Assembly (NCBI RefSeq): GCF_002803295.2 | Contig: NZ_PGGB02000002.1 | Coordinates: 103,476-135,475, forward strand | Direction of reading: 5' to 3' | Length of the DNA stretch: 32,000 nt | Source: Caedibacter taeniospiralis | GTDB lineage: Bacteria > Pseudomonadota > Gammaproteobacteria > Francisellales > Francisellaceae | Shown: in pieces, positions 17,018 through 25,322 of the stretch | How the letters are laid out: each line of letters begins with the position of its first letter | How positions within the stretch are numbered: the stretch's first letter is position 1 | The notes under the pieces: model-generated | Database searches by the model: none | Told to the model about the DNA's origin: nothing | What the model saw: the letters and a program-made list of their open reading frames with translations, nothing else | Translations under genes and position numbers: made by a program

Positions 17018-17983
17018 ATGCAAAATAAAGCAAAATCATTACGCATCGTATTTGCAGGAACCCCTGATATTTCAGCTGAAGTTTTGAAAGCACTCATTGA
17101 CCAGAATTATAATATCGTTGGTGTGTTTACCCAGCCAGATCGCGCCAAGGGGCGCGGTAAAAAGCTGGAAAGTTCCCCAGTTAAATTGTGTGCATTGGCG
17201 CATGAGATTCCTGTTTTTCAGCCTGCATCCTTTAAAAAAGAGCCAGAGGCAGTTGCGGCATTAGTGAATTTAAAAGCCGATATTATGGTTGTTCTTGCCT
17301 ATGGTCTGTTATTGCCCAAAGCTGTTTTAAACGCACCAAAACATGGCTGCATCAATATCCATGTGTCACTCTTACCAAAATGGCGAGGAGCAGCCCCCAT
17401 TCAACGTGCAATCGAGGCAGGGGATGATAAAACTGGGGTCACGATCATGCAAATGGATGAGGGTTTAGACACGGGTGATATTCTGCATGTCGCAGAAACG
17501 CCAATTCTAGAAACAGACACGAGTCTGAGCTTACATCATCGCCTGGCAGAATTATCTATTCCAGCTGTGTGCACAGTGCTTCAAAAAGTTGCTGAGAGTA
17601 AGCTTATCCCTACACCACAGCCAAAAGGTGAGACCTATGCGCATAAGCTGAGTAAAGAAGAGGGTTTGATTGATTTTAACAACACTTGCCGTTTGATTGA
17701 CTGCAAAGTACGCGCACTTACCCCTTGGCCAAGTGCATACATAAGGCTTAACAATGAAATGGTAAAAATCGCAGATATTAGCATCCTTGCTAACACCGTC
17801 AACGCTAGGTCTGGTGAAGTTTTAGCTGTGGATAAAGAAGGGATAAAAGTTCAAGCCGTAGATGGGGTAATCAATATTGCCGCGCTCCAGTTTTCAGGGA
17901 AAAAAATGCTGTCAGTGGAGAATATTTTAAATGGCAGGGATTTAAGTTATCTGAAAGGTAGTGTTATAGTAGAAATAACATAA
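17018..17983 (+). CDS. fmt: Methionyl-tRNA formyltransferase
   Basis: N-terminal RIVFAGTPD, the formyltransferase motif NIHVSLLPKWRGAAPIQRAI, and a C-terminal Fmt tRNA-binding domain. Confidence 0.93.
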   Translation: MQNKAKSLRIVFAGTPDISAEVLKALIDQNYNIVGVFTQPDRAKGRGKKLESSPVKLCALAHEIPVFQPASFKKEPEAVAALVNLKADIMVVLAYGLLLPKAVLNAPKHGCINIHVSLLPKWRGAAPIQRAIEAGDDKTGVTIMQMDEGLDTGDILHVAETPILETDTSLSLHHRLAELSIPAVCTVLQKVAESKLIPTPQPKGETYAHKLSKEEGLIDFNNTCRLIDCKVRALTPWPSAYIRLNNEMVKIADISILANTVNARSGEVLAVDKEGIKVQAVDGVINIAALQFSGKKMLSVENILNGRDLSYLKGSVIVEIT

Positions 17984-18031
17984 AGTTTGGAAGTGTAATC
18001 ATCAAAAATAAGGCTTGTGGCGCTCAAAGCT

Positions 18032-18180
18032 AAAGAAGCGAAACTATTTGCTTCTTTCGGGCGCTTTTCGCCCCCTCTTGAAAAGAGAGGAATCTGGCAA
18101 CAACTGGTCGGAAAATTCCCCTCTTTCCAAGAGGGGTGCCTCGCAAGCCTGACTCTCTAGAGTGACCAGGCTTGCGAGGC
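18032..18180. repeat. GC-rich cluster of five back-to-back perfect stem-loops (REP/MITE-like element or structured RNA)
   Basis: Stems, in order:
- AAAGAAGC/GCTTCTTT (18032-39 / 18050-57)
- GGGCG/CGCCC (18059-63 / 18069-73)
- CTCTT/AAGAG (18075-79 / 18083-87)
- CCCCTCTT/AAGAGGGG (18118-25 / 18129-36)
- 14-bp GCCTCGCAAGCCTG/CAGGCTTGCGAGGC (18138-51 / 18167-80)
No ORF is present and no U-tract follows on either strand. Confidence 0.6.
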
Positions 18181-18265
18181 GGGGTGTTCAGAAGTGCAAA
18201 AGTACGTAATTGCAGTCAGCTAACAGTTGATCCTAATAACTTAAAATAAACACAGGAGTAATAAA

Positions 18266-19000
18266 ATGTTTAAGAATCTAGAAAAACAGACAGTGCCAGC
18301 GGTAACCTTCAAAACGATGCAAGATGGGCAGTGGAAGGATGTGACAAGCGGTGATATTTTCAAAGGCAAAAATGTGATTGTATTTTCGTTGCCTGGTGCG
18401 TTTACGCCAACGTGCTCGTCTTCACATGTGCCTCGTTACAATGAGCTATTCCCCGTATTTAAACAGCATGGAATTGATGCGATTGTGTGTATATCCGTCA
18501 ATGATACCTTTGTCATGAATGCCTGGAAAAAAGAGCAAAAGGTGGAAAACATTACTTTTATTCCAGATGGGAACGGTGAGTTTACCGAGAAAATGGGTCT
18601 ACTTGTCAATAAGGCTGATTTAGGCTTTGGTAAGCGCTCATGGCGCTATGCGATGCTTGTTAAAGATGGTGTCATCGCTAAGATGTTTATTGAGCCCAAT
18701 AAACCAGGTGACCCATTTGAAGTCTCTGATGCCGACACCATGCTCAAGTATGTTGCTCCTAATGCCAGGCTGCCAAAAGAGGTGACGATTTTCACCAAAC
18801 CAGGATGTCCGCATTGCCAAAGGGCAAAGACATTACTTGCAGATAACGGGCAAGTATATGATGAGGTCATCCTGGGGCAGGGAGCTTCAATGCGCACGGT
18901 TAAAGCATTAACAGGCAAACAAACCGTGCCGCAAATCTATATTGATGGACAGCATATTGGGGGTACGGATGATTTGGAGATGTATTATGCACGTAAGTGA
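18266..19000 (+). CDS. Hybrid peroxiredoxin-glutaredoxin (Prx5-type peroxiredoxin fused to Grx, PGdx-like)
   Basis: N-terminal Prx5 domain with LPGAFTPTCS, and a C-terminal glutaredoxin domain with CPHC and TVPQIYIDGQHIGG. AGGAG lies upstream of the ATG. Confidence 0.9.
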   Translation: MFKNLEKQTVPAVTFKTMQDGQWKDVTSGDIFKGKNVIVFSLPGAFTPTCSSSHVPRYNELFPVFKQHGIDAIVCISVNDTFVMNAWKKEQKVENITFIPDGNGEFTEKMGLLVNKADLGFGKRSWRYAMLVKDGVIAKMFIEPNKPGDPFEVSDADTMLKYVAPNARLPKEVTIFTKPGCPHCQRAKTLLADNGQVYDEVILGQGASMRTVKALTGKQTVPQIYIDGQHIGGTDDLEMYYARK

Positions 19001-19060
19001 AGGTGGATTATTCATTCATACAAATGTTGGGAGACTGGGTCTGTTATCGATAATTTGTCT

Positions 19061-19089
19061 TTGACTTAGCTTTTAACAGTCTCTAGAAT
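19061..19089 (+). promoter_or_regulatory. Near-consensus sigma70 promoter (TTGACT-17 nt-TAGAAT) for the DUF4160/DUF2442 cassette
   Basis: -35 TTGACT at 19061-19066 and -10 TAGAAT at 19084-19089, with an exact 17-nt spacer, 32 nt upstream of ATG 19122. Confidence 0.5.
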
Positions 19090-19121
19090 CGAGTTAAATA
19101 ATCTTGAGACCATGAATTTCC

Positions 19122-19358
19122 ATGCCTACTGTGCTTAAAATTGGTTCATATCGATTTTTCTTTTACAGTAATGAGAGCGATGAACCTGCCCATATTCATG
19201 TTGAAAGAGAGGATAAGGAGGCTAAATTTTGGTTGGTAGATGTACGACTTGCTAGTTCATATGGTTTTACTACGCATGAATTAAATAAAATTAAACAAAT
19301 GGTGGTTGAGAACAAGAGAGTATTTTTGGAGAAGTGGTATGAATATTTTACATCATGA
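19122..19358 (+). CDS. DUF4160-family small protein (78 aa)
   Basis: N-terminus MPTVLKIGSYRFFFYSNESDEPAHIHVE matches the DUF4160 signature as I remember it (MPT..... [FY]....E...PH[FI]H...). It overlaps the next ORF by 20 nt. Confidence 0.8.
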   Translation: MPTVLKIGSYRFFFYSNESDEPAHIHVEREDKEAKFWLVDVRLASSYGFTTHELNKIKQMVVENKRVFLEKWYEYFTS

Positions 19359-19590
19359 AGCAATAGCGGATAACGTTTCATTTACGGATGATGAGTTGAT
19401 TGTTAGATTGAAGGACGCTCGCACTATTATCGTTCCTCTGATGTGGTACCCTAAGCTTGAAAATGCAACAAAAGAGCAACTCCTTAATTATCGACTGATC
19501 GCTGGAGGTAGGGGTATTCATTGGACAGATTTGGATGAGGATTTAAGTGTTAATGGATTTCTTAAAGGCATTTCCCTATCGGTTGCTTAG
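19339..19590 (+). CDS. DUF2442-family small protein (83 aa)
   Basis: I trimmed the track ORF (start 19306) to ATG 19339, which has GGAG 7 nt upstream. The segment IVPLMWYPKLENATKEQLLNYRLIAGGRGIHWTDLDEDLSVNGFLKG matches the DUF2442 signature (VPL.W.PRL..AT..Q..N.......GIHW.DLDEDISV). Confidence 0.8.
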   Translation: MNILHHEAIADNVSFTDDELIVRLKDARTIIVPLMWYPKLENATKEQLLNYRLIAGGRGIHWTDLDEDLSVNGFLKGISLSVA

Positions 19591-19841
19591 ATGCCTAAAA
19601 TATATTTTAATTCGTTGCTATGAATAATCGTGGCGACAAAGGCGTCAACTAGGGCTCTGAATGTCATAAATACGGCGCTTCATCAAAGCGGAGTATAAAA
19701 TGAGCATTATTGAATAGAGGTGAGACCAAGGTGTGCTATTGTAATGCTTTTTAGTGCAAAGGACATGATCGTTATTGAGTTTGTGGCATATTTCTTATTA
19801 AATGAAGCATCGTTTACCTATACTTTGGACCTGTGTGATTT

Positions 19842-21767
19842 ATGCGATTTAGAAGATTAGCGTTGCTTGTCTCATCTGTCGTGCTTTTTTCAACAAGCTA
19901 TGCCATGGATAAGGTTGAACTCAGCAATTATCAGAAAGCAGAGAGCCTTTTAGTAAAGAGGGATTATCAAGCTTATTATCAGGTGAAAGCGAAATTGGCT
20001 AAAGCGCCGTTATATCCTTTCTTACAATATCAGGAAATTTCACTTGATCCTGATCATTTTAAACAGGAAACAATCGACAGCTATTTGACGCAAAATAAAG
20101 GAACTTTCTGGGCGAAACAGTTGAAAGAAGATCTGGCAAATTTTTATCTTAAAAAGCAAGATTGGCAAAATTTTTTACATTATTACGATAACAATCTGGG
20201 ATTTAATGGAAAATGTTATGTGGTACAAGCTGAGTATGCTATTGGGCAAAAAAGCATAGCAGTGAGCGAATTTACGGAGCTATGGTTATCACGTGCGCGC
20301 TTGCCTCAAGCATGTAATGAGTTTGAATCAATCTGGGGGAAAGAAGCTCACTTAGCTGAGCAACAAATTCGTTTAAAAGCCTATGCTTTGGCAAGCTCTG
20401 GTTATGTGGAACAAGCGGTGAAATGGATCACTAAAACACAAAATAAAGAGCTCCAAGGCTTTTATGCGCTATGGCTTAAGACCACTCAAAATCCTAATAA
20501 GTATATGGGTGATTGGACGTTACGGTATTATAAAATGAATGGTTTTTCAGCGGCAATGCTGAGTGTGATGGCAAATCTATCAGCTAAGGATACGCCTTAT
20601 GCTGAAAATCTTTGGCTCAAGTTTAAACAAAAGCATCTATTAGAGAAGAAGACGATAAACCTTGTCAATGCAGAAGTTGCCATTGCCTATGCAAGATCAC
20701 ACGACAAGCAAGCCATACAATGGCTGGATAAGATTGAAAACGAGTACGCTTCAAGTTTATTATGGCAGTGGCGTTTAAGAACGGCGATTTATTGGAGAGA
20801 TTATCAGCAGTATTTAACCTGGTATGACGAGCTTCCTAGTAACCTCAAAGGCGCAGATGAGTGGTGTTACTGGCAGGCAAAAAGCTATCAAGGATTAAAA
20901 GAAAATACGAAAGCACAACCGATATTAACCGAACTGGCTAAACAGACAAGTTATTACGGTTTTTTAGCGGCAGATGAGTTAGGCGTATCCTATGCCCTGA
21001 GTAATCAAGCGGCAAGGACAGATAAGAAAACAACGGATGAGGTTGGCAAAAATCAGACCGTTTTGCAGATTTTTGATTTATACCAGATTGGGAAATATGG
21101 CTTGTCTTATGCACTTTGGCGCTTTAGTCTCAATGGTTTTACCCTAGGTGAAAAGTTAGCTATTGCCACGCTTGCTGCCCAAAGGAAAGTCTATCAAATA
21201 TCAACAAGTGCTTACGCTAATGCAGGTGCAAGCGATGATCTTTGGGGTTTGTATCCATTAGCGTTTTGGGGAGATATTGAAAAGGCGGCAAAGGAGTTTG
21301 CCATCAAACCGGCGGTGATTATTTCCATGATGCGCCAGGAGTCTGCATTTCGCGTGCATGGTACCTCATCGGCTAGTGCGACAGGACTCATGCAGTTATT
21401 GCCGACAACGGCTGAATTTTTGGCAAAAAAATACCGTCTTGACTACAAAGAAGGTGACTTATATCAACCCGATAAGGTGATTATGTTAGGTGCTGCAAAT
21501 CTAAATTTCATGGATAAATTATTCAATAATAATTTAATTGTAAGCATGGCAGCATATAATGCAGGACAAGGCAATGTAGCAAAATGGTTGCCTGAACATG
21601 AACTTACCGCTGATCAGTGGATTGAAGTTATGCCATTTGCTGAGACGCGGCAGTACGTCAAAAATATCTTGCGTAATTTGGTGATTTATAATCAGGTGAT
21701 ATTAGGAAATAAGAAATTCCGATTGGCGCAGGTGATGCAAGGTGTGTCACGGAAAGATAAAACCTAA
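19842..21767 (+). CDS. slt: Soluble lytic murein transglycosylase (Slt70 family)
   Basis: Signal peptide MRFRRLALLVSSVVLFSTSYA, then a long alpha-superhelical U-domain. The C-terminal catalytic domain carries MMRQESAFRV...ATGLMQLLPTTA and AAYNAGQGNVAKW. Confidence 0.88.
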   Translation: MRFRRLALLVSSVVLFSTSYAMDKVELSNYQKAESLLVKRDYQAYYQVKAKLAKAPLYPFLQYQEISLDPDHFKQETIDSYLTQNKGTFWAKQLKEDLANFYLKKQDWQNFLHYYDNNLGFNGKCYVVQAEYAIGQKSIAVSEFTELWLSRARLPQACNEFESIWGKEAHLAEQQIRLKAYALASSGYVEQAVKWITKTQNKELQGFYALWLKTTQNPNKYMGDWTLRYYKMNGFSAAMLSVMANLSAKDTPYAENLWLKFKQKHLLEKKTINLVNAEVAIAYARSHDKQAIQWLDKIENEYASSLLWQWRLRTAIYWRDYQQYLTWYDELPSNLKGADEWCYWQAKSYQGLKENTKAQPILTELAKQTSYYGFLAADELGVSYALSNQAARTDKKTTDEVGKNQTVLQIFDLYQIGKYGLSYALWRFSLNGFTLGEKLAIATLAAQRKVYQISTSAYANAGASDDLWGLYPLAFWGDIEKAAKEFAIKPAVIISMMRQESAFRVHGTSSASATGLMQLLPTTAEFLAKKYRLDYKEGDLYQPDKVIMLGAANLNFMDKLFNNNLIVSMAAYNAGQGNVAKWLPEHELTADQWIEVMPFAETRQYVKNILRNLVIYNQVILGNKKFRLAQVMQGVSRKDKT

Positions 21768-21941
21768 CAAAAAGGCGCTGACGGCGAATTAGGGAGATTA
21801 AATCTGCCCAGGGCGTTGCGGAGGAGTTGTTATCGTTAAATTTCACCTTAGGACATTCTTTGCATGGAAAAGCTCGTGTTAATACATGTACAATGTGACC
21901 TTTGTGACTCAATAATGAATTTACTCAAAAGTAATAGGCGA

Positions 21942-22739
21942 ATGAATAATATAATTTTGAAAACACCCGAACAGATAGAAAAAATGCGCGTTGCAGGCCG
22001 TTTAGCTGCTGATGTGCTGGAGATGATAGGGCAACATGTTGTTCCGGGAGTAACCACCGAAGCATTGGATAAAATCTGTCATGATTACATCGTTAATGAG
22101 CAAGCCGCAATTCCTGCACCTTTGAAGTATCGAGGCTTCCCTAAGTCAATTTGCACGTCGATAAATCACGTGGTCTGCCATGGAATTCCCTCGGATAAAA
22201 AGCTTAAAGCTGGGGATATTATCAATATCGATGTGACGGTTATCAAAGATGGCTTTCATGGAGATACGAGTAAAATGTTTTTTGTGGGCGGGCGGGATAA
22301 GGCTTCGATATTGGCGCAGCGTCTAACCGATGTTACTTATGAGTGCCTGATGAGGGGAATTGAAGTAGTTAAACCTGGAAATAAGCTACTAGATGTTGCA
22401 AACGCTATAGAGAAACATGCAAAGTCGCATAATTTCTCGGTGGTTGAAGTGTTTTGTGGTCATGGCATTGGTCAGGCGTTCCACGAAGAACCACAGGTGC
22501 TTCACTATGTTTCCAAGTTGCCTCATGAGCATAAATGTTTGCAAACTGTGTTAAAACCTGGGATGACTTTTACGATTGAGCCGATGATTAATGCGGGTAA
22601 AAAACATGTCACTATATTGCGTGATGGCTGGACTGCCGTGACCAAGGATAAGAGTCTATCCGCTCAGTGGGAACATACTTTGGCAATCACAGAAATTGGC
22701 GTTGAAGTATTAACAAAGCGCCAAGATGAATCTATTTAG
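21942..22739 (+). CDS. map: Type I methionine aminopeptidase
   Basis: I trimmed the track ORF (start 21864) to ATG 21942. The resulting MNNIILKTPEQIEKMRVAGRLAADVLEMI aligns with E. coli Map (MAISIKTPEDIEKMRVAGRLAAEVLEMI) and gives 265 aa against 264 aa. Metal-ligand contexts DVTVIKDGFHGD, GHGIG and FTIEP are present. Confidence 0.93.
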   Translation: MNNIILKTPEQIEKMRVAGRLAADVLEMIGQHVVPGVTTEALDKICHDYIVNEQAAIPAPLKYRGFPKSICTSINHVVCHGIPSDKKLKAGDIINIDVTVIKDGFHGDTSKMFFVGGRDKASILAQRLTDVTYECLMRGIEVVKPGNKLLDVANAIEKHAKSHNFSVVEVFCGHGIGQAFHEEPQVLHYVSKLPHEHKCLQTVLKPGMTFTIEPMINAGKKHVTILRDGWTAVTKDKSLSAQWEHTLAITEIGVEVLTKRQDESI

Positions 22740-22749
22740 GTCGTCAATT

Positions 22750-23583
22750 ATGCTAAGCCAACACCAAGTCAATGAAGTTTGTCAAATGCTAAAACGTGAT
22801 GGTCAGGAGATTAGCATTGCCAAAGTGCGTAAATTCCTGGACAGGCATTATTCCTTTTTTGATGTGACAGATAAGGTGTTGCTGTACAAAGAAAACCCTG
22901 ATAAAGCGCGTGAAGTTGCTAAAAAAGAAGTGATTAAAACCACCGAAACTCCTGTCCAGGGCTTAGGTGCCGTGATCGATCGGGTGTTATTGTCTTGCGC
23001 GTTGCATGAACATAAACAGGTAGCGCTGAATTTGAAGGAAAAACTTCAAGCTCATGTCGATGAAGCCATTAAACTCAAGGTGTATCAATGTGAATTACAA
23101 CTTAAGAAAATTCGTCAAAAAAATGATCATTTAGAAGTAAATTTTTATGGTATGCAGGCAAGGTTGCAACAGTTAATCGAAGATCAAAAAGTGCTAAAGG
23201 AGCAAAATTATCTTTTGCAGCAGCAATTGCAGAAAGCACAGACGCAAAAAAATCATCGCATCGACGAGGAAGCTATTCAGCAGAAACCTGCACAAATGAG
23301 GGATTATCAAACACAAATAACGCTTCTTAATACTGAATGCTGTGCTGTGTATGATGTGCAAAGGCAGAGTATTGTGGTCAAACTTCCGCCAAAGCATAAG
23401 CTGGAAAAAGAGTTTCAAAAAGGAGTGAACAGCATGTACTTACGTGCCAATGCGGTTTATGATTTTGCTACAAAATACTGGTTTTTGGATCAATTCGAGA
23501 CCAAAACGATCAGCCTGTTAGTGCGAAATAATTTTGTTATTTCAAAAGAGTTGGCATATGTCCTGCAAAAGTTGCAGGAATGA
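22750..23583 (+). CDS. Hypothetical coiled-coil protein with a KfrA-N-like DNA-binding N-terminus
   Basis: N-terminus LSQHQVNEVCQMLKRDGQEISIAKVRKFL resembles the KfrA N-terminal DNA-binding domain. The central region is Q/K/E/L-rich heptad-like (LQQLIEDQKVLKEQNYLLQQQLQKAQTQ). The C-terminal ~90 aa is unrecognised. I prefer ATG 22750 as the start; the track's 22726 overlaps map. Confidence 0.5.
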   Translation: MLSQHQVNEVCQMLKRDGQEISIAKVRKFLDRHYSFFDVTDKVLLYKENPDKAREVAKKEVIKTTETPVQGLGAVIDRVLLSCALHEHKQVALNLKEKLQAHVDEAIKLKVYQCELQLKKIRQKNDHLEVNFYGMQARLQQLIEDQKVLKEQNYLLQQQLQKAQTQKNHRIDEEAIQQKPAQMRDYQTQITLLNTECCAVYDVQRQSIVVKLPPKHKLEKEFQKGVNSMYLRANAVYDFATKYWFLDQFETKTISLLVRNNFVISKELAYVLQKLQE

Positions 23584-23625
23584 ATGTGAATTACTGGAGT
23601 TAGGTCTTTTAAAAGACTTGGTAAG

Positions 23626-23634
23626 TGTTAGAAT
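23626..23634 (+). promoter_or_regulatory. Extended -10 element TGtTAGAAT upstream of fdxA
   Basis: TG at 23626-23627, one spacer nt, then TAGAAT at 23629-23634, 35 nt upstream of ATG 23670. The -35 is weak. It is preceded by the 14-bp palindrome GTCTTTTAAAAGAC (23604-23617). Confidence 0.3.
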
Positions 23635-23669
23635 ATTGACGTTTTGATGAGTCTAAAGGTATCGAATAT

Positions 23670-23993
23670 ATGCCGTTTGTAGTAACCGAGAGTTGTATTA
23701 AGTGTAAATTTGGGGATTGTGTTGAAGTTTGCCCGGTTGATTGTTTCTATGAGGGTGAGAACATGCTGGTTATTAACCCTGATGAGTGTATTGATTGTGC
23801 GTTATGTGAGCCTGAGTGTCCTGTTAATGCTATTTACTCAGAGGATGAATTACCCGAAGATCAGTTAGAGTTTGTTGAGCTTAATCGCGAGTTGTCGCAA
23901 GTGTGGGACAATATCACCGAGAAGTGTGATCCGCCAGAAGATGCGGACAAATGGCGCGAGGTTAAAGAGAAACGCCAATATTTGATCAAGTAA
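23670..23993 (+). CDS. fdxA: 7Fe ferredoxin (3Fe-4S/4Fe-4S, Azotobacter FdI type)
   Basis: 107 aa. Cysteine pattern [18 protein letters not shown] plus [12 protein letters not shown] is typical of FdxA. Confidence 0.9.
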   Translation: MPFVVTESCIKCKFGDCVEVCPVDCFYEGENMLVINPDECIDCALCEPECPVNAIYSEDELPEDQLEFVELNRELSQVWDNITEKCDPPEDADKWREVKEKRQYLIK

Positions 23994-24013
23994 TTTGTAA
24001 AGTCGGAAATGTA

Positions 24014-24565
24014 ATGGAGCTGGCAAAACCCCAATTAGTCATATTGGATCGAGATGGTGTTATTAATGAAGACTCGGATGACTATATTAAATCAGTTGAC
24101 GAATGGCAGCCAATTGCAGGCAGTATAGAGGCGCTAAAGAAACTCAAACAAAATGAAATTAAAGTGGCAATTGCAACGAATCAGTCAGGAATTGCGCGAG
24201 GTTTATTTGACCTTTTTGATTTACATCAAATGCACCAGAAGCTTTATCAGTTACTGGCTGAAGACGCAGATGCTATTTGTCACATTGCCTGTTGTCCTCA
24301 TGCCCCAGATGATCAGTGTGATTGTCGAAAGCCTGGGATTGGGATGCTTCAAGAAATCAGTCAGAAGCTCAATATTGCACTAACACCAGAAGTATATTTT
24401 GTTGGTGATAGTTTTAAGGATGTTCAGGCAGCATTAAGAGCAAATTGCACGCCTGTACTGGTTAAAACGGGTAAAGGATTAAAAACATTGGCGCAGCATC
24501 AGCATGAGTTAGCTAAGATCATGGTATTTGATAGTTTACAGCAGTTTGTGGAGTCGATCGTATGA
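24014..24565 (+). CDS. gmhB: D-glycero-D-manno-heptose 1,7-bisphosphate phosphatase (HAD family)
   Basis: HAD motif I DRDGVIN, the Zn-loop CxHxxxxxCxCRKP (CCPHAPDDQCDCRKPG) and motif GDSFKD. Confidence 0.8.
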   Translation: MELAKPQLVILDRDGVINEDSDDYIKSVDEWQPIAGSIEALKKLKQNEIKVAIATNQSGIARGLFDLFDLHQMHQKLYQLLAEDADAICHIACCPHAPDDQCDCRKPGIGMLQEISQKLNIALTPEVYFVGDSFKDVQAALRANCTPVLVKTGKGLKTLAQHQHELAKIMVFDSLQQFVESIV

Positions 24566-25305
24566 AGTTAGTGCGCCTTTTGTGGCATAGTGTTTTATGG
24601 GTGCGCCAAATTATTTTTGTGGTGTATATGGCGATATTGACCATTGTCTTAGCCTCAGTAACGGTTATGCTGGGAGTGCTTAGGTTGCCGATCAGGGTGA
24701 AACTTATTCCTGCAAAAGTCTGGTCTGTACTCATACGCTCAGGGCTAGTCATTTTTTTATGGCTTCGAGTAAAGGTAGAAGGTAAAGAGAATTTGCTGAG
24801 TGAGCCATGTGTATATGTTTGTAAGCATCAATCTTCTTGGGAAACAGTTGTTTTTCATGGAATGTTACATAATATCTGTTTTGTTTTAAAGGAGGAGTTA
24901 CTAGGCGTGCCAGTGTTTGGGCATGGGCTTAAAGCGGTAGATAGTATTCCGATTGATCGCAAACAAAGTCTGAAGTCTTTTAAAAAAGTATTGCAGATGG
25001 GGAAAGCGCGTTTGCAATCAGGGTTAAGTATTGTAATCTTTCCTGAAGGAACACGCGTACCTGTCAAATCGTATCCAAAGTTTTATAAAACAGCGATTAC
25101 CTTAGCAAAATCGACAGGAGCGATGATAGTTCCCGTTGCACATAACTCAGGGAGGTTTTGGCCAAATAAGGCGGGATTGATCAAGCCTGGGGTGGTGACT
25201 TTGTCATTTGGACCTGCGATTTCACCGAGTGAGCTTGGGATAGATGAATTAAATGAACACTGTTATCAGTGGATTAATGACAAAGTTAAATCTATTGGTG
25301 GCTAG
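24562..25305 (+). CDS. plsC: 1-acyl-sn-glycerol-3-phosphate acyltransferase
   Basis: N-terminal TM helix, acyltransferase box KHQSSWE (H-x4-acidic) and FPEGTR. Its ATG overlaps the gmhB stop (ATGA). Confidence 0.8.
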   Translation: MKLVRLLWHSVLWVRQIIFVVYMAILTIVLASVTVMLGVLRLPIRVKLIPAKVWSVLIRSGLVIFLWLRVKVEGKENLLSEPCVYVCKHQSSWETVVFHGMLHNICFVLKEELLGVPVFGHGLKAVDSIPIDRKQSLKSFKKVLQMGKARLQSGLSIVIFPEGTRVPVKSYPKFYKTAITLAKSTGAMIVPVAHNSGRFWPNKAGLIKPGVVTLSFGPAISPSELGIDELNEHCYQWINDKVKSIGG

Positions 25306-25322
25306 TTTTAAGGAGTAAGTTG

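Noticed and set aside
18089-18136. Possibility that the hairpin cluster is an RsmY/RsmZ (CsrA-sequestering) sRNA. Unpaired GGA occurs at 18089-91 and 18110-12, a GGA loop appears on the minus strand of the CCCCTCTT hairpin, and a palindrome upstream could be a LetA/GacA-type box.
   Set aside because: There are only 2-3 GGA motifs, and most hairpin loops lack them. No terminator follows on either strand. The upstream palindrome (AGAAGC-N10-GCTTCT) does not match the GacA/LetA consensus as I remember it. I kept the region as a generic structured element instead.
21864-21941. N-terminal extensions of several track ORFs: map from 21864, ddl from 29108, rsmJ from 2860, mlaB from 10773, minE from 13789, DUF2442 from 19306, the KfrA-like ORF from 22726 and galU from 25320.
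   Set aside because: In each case an internal ATG with a better SD or spacing gives an N-terminus that aligns with known homologues. It also removes an implausible overlap with the upstream gene, so I used the trimmed coordinates.
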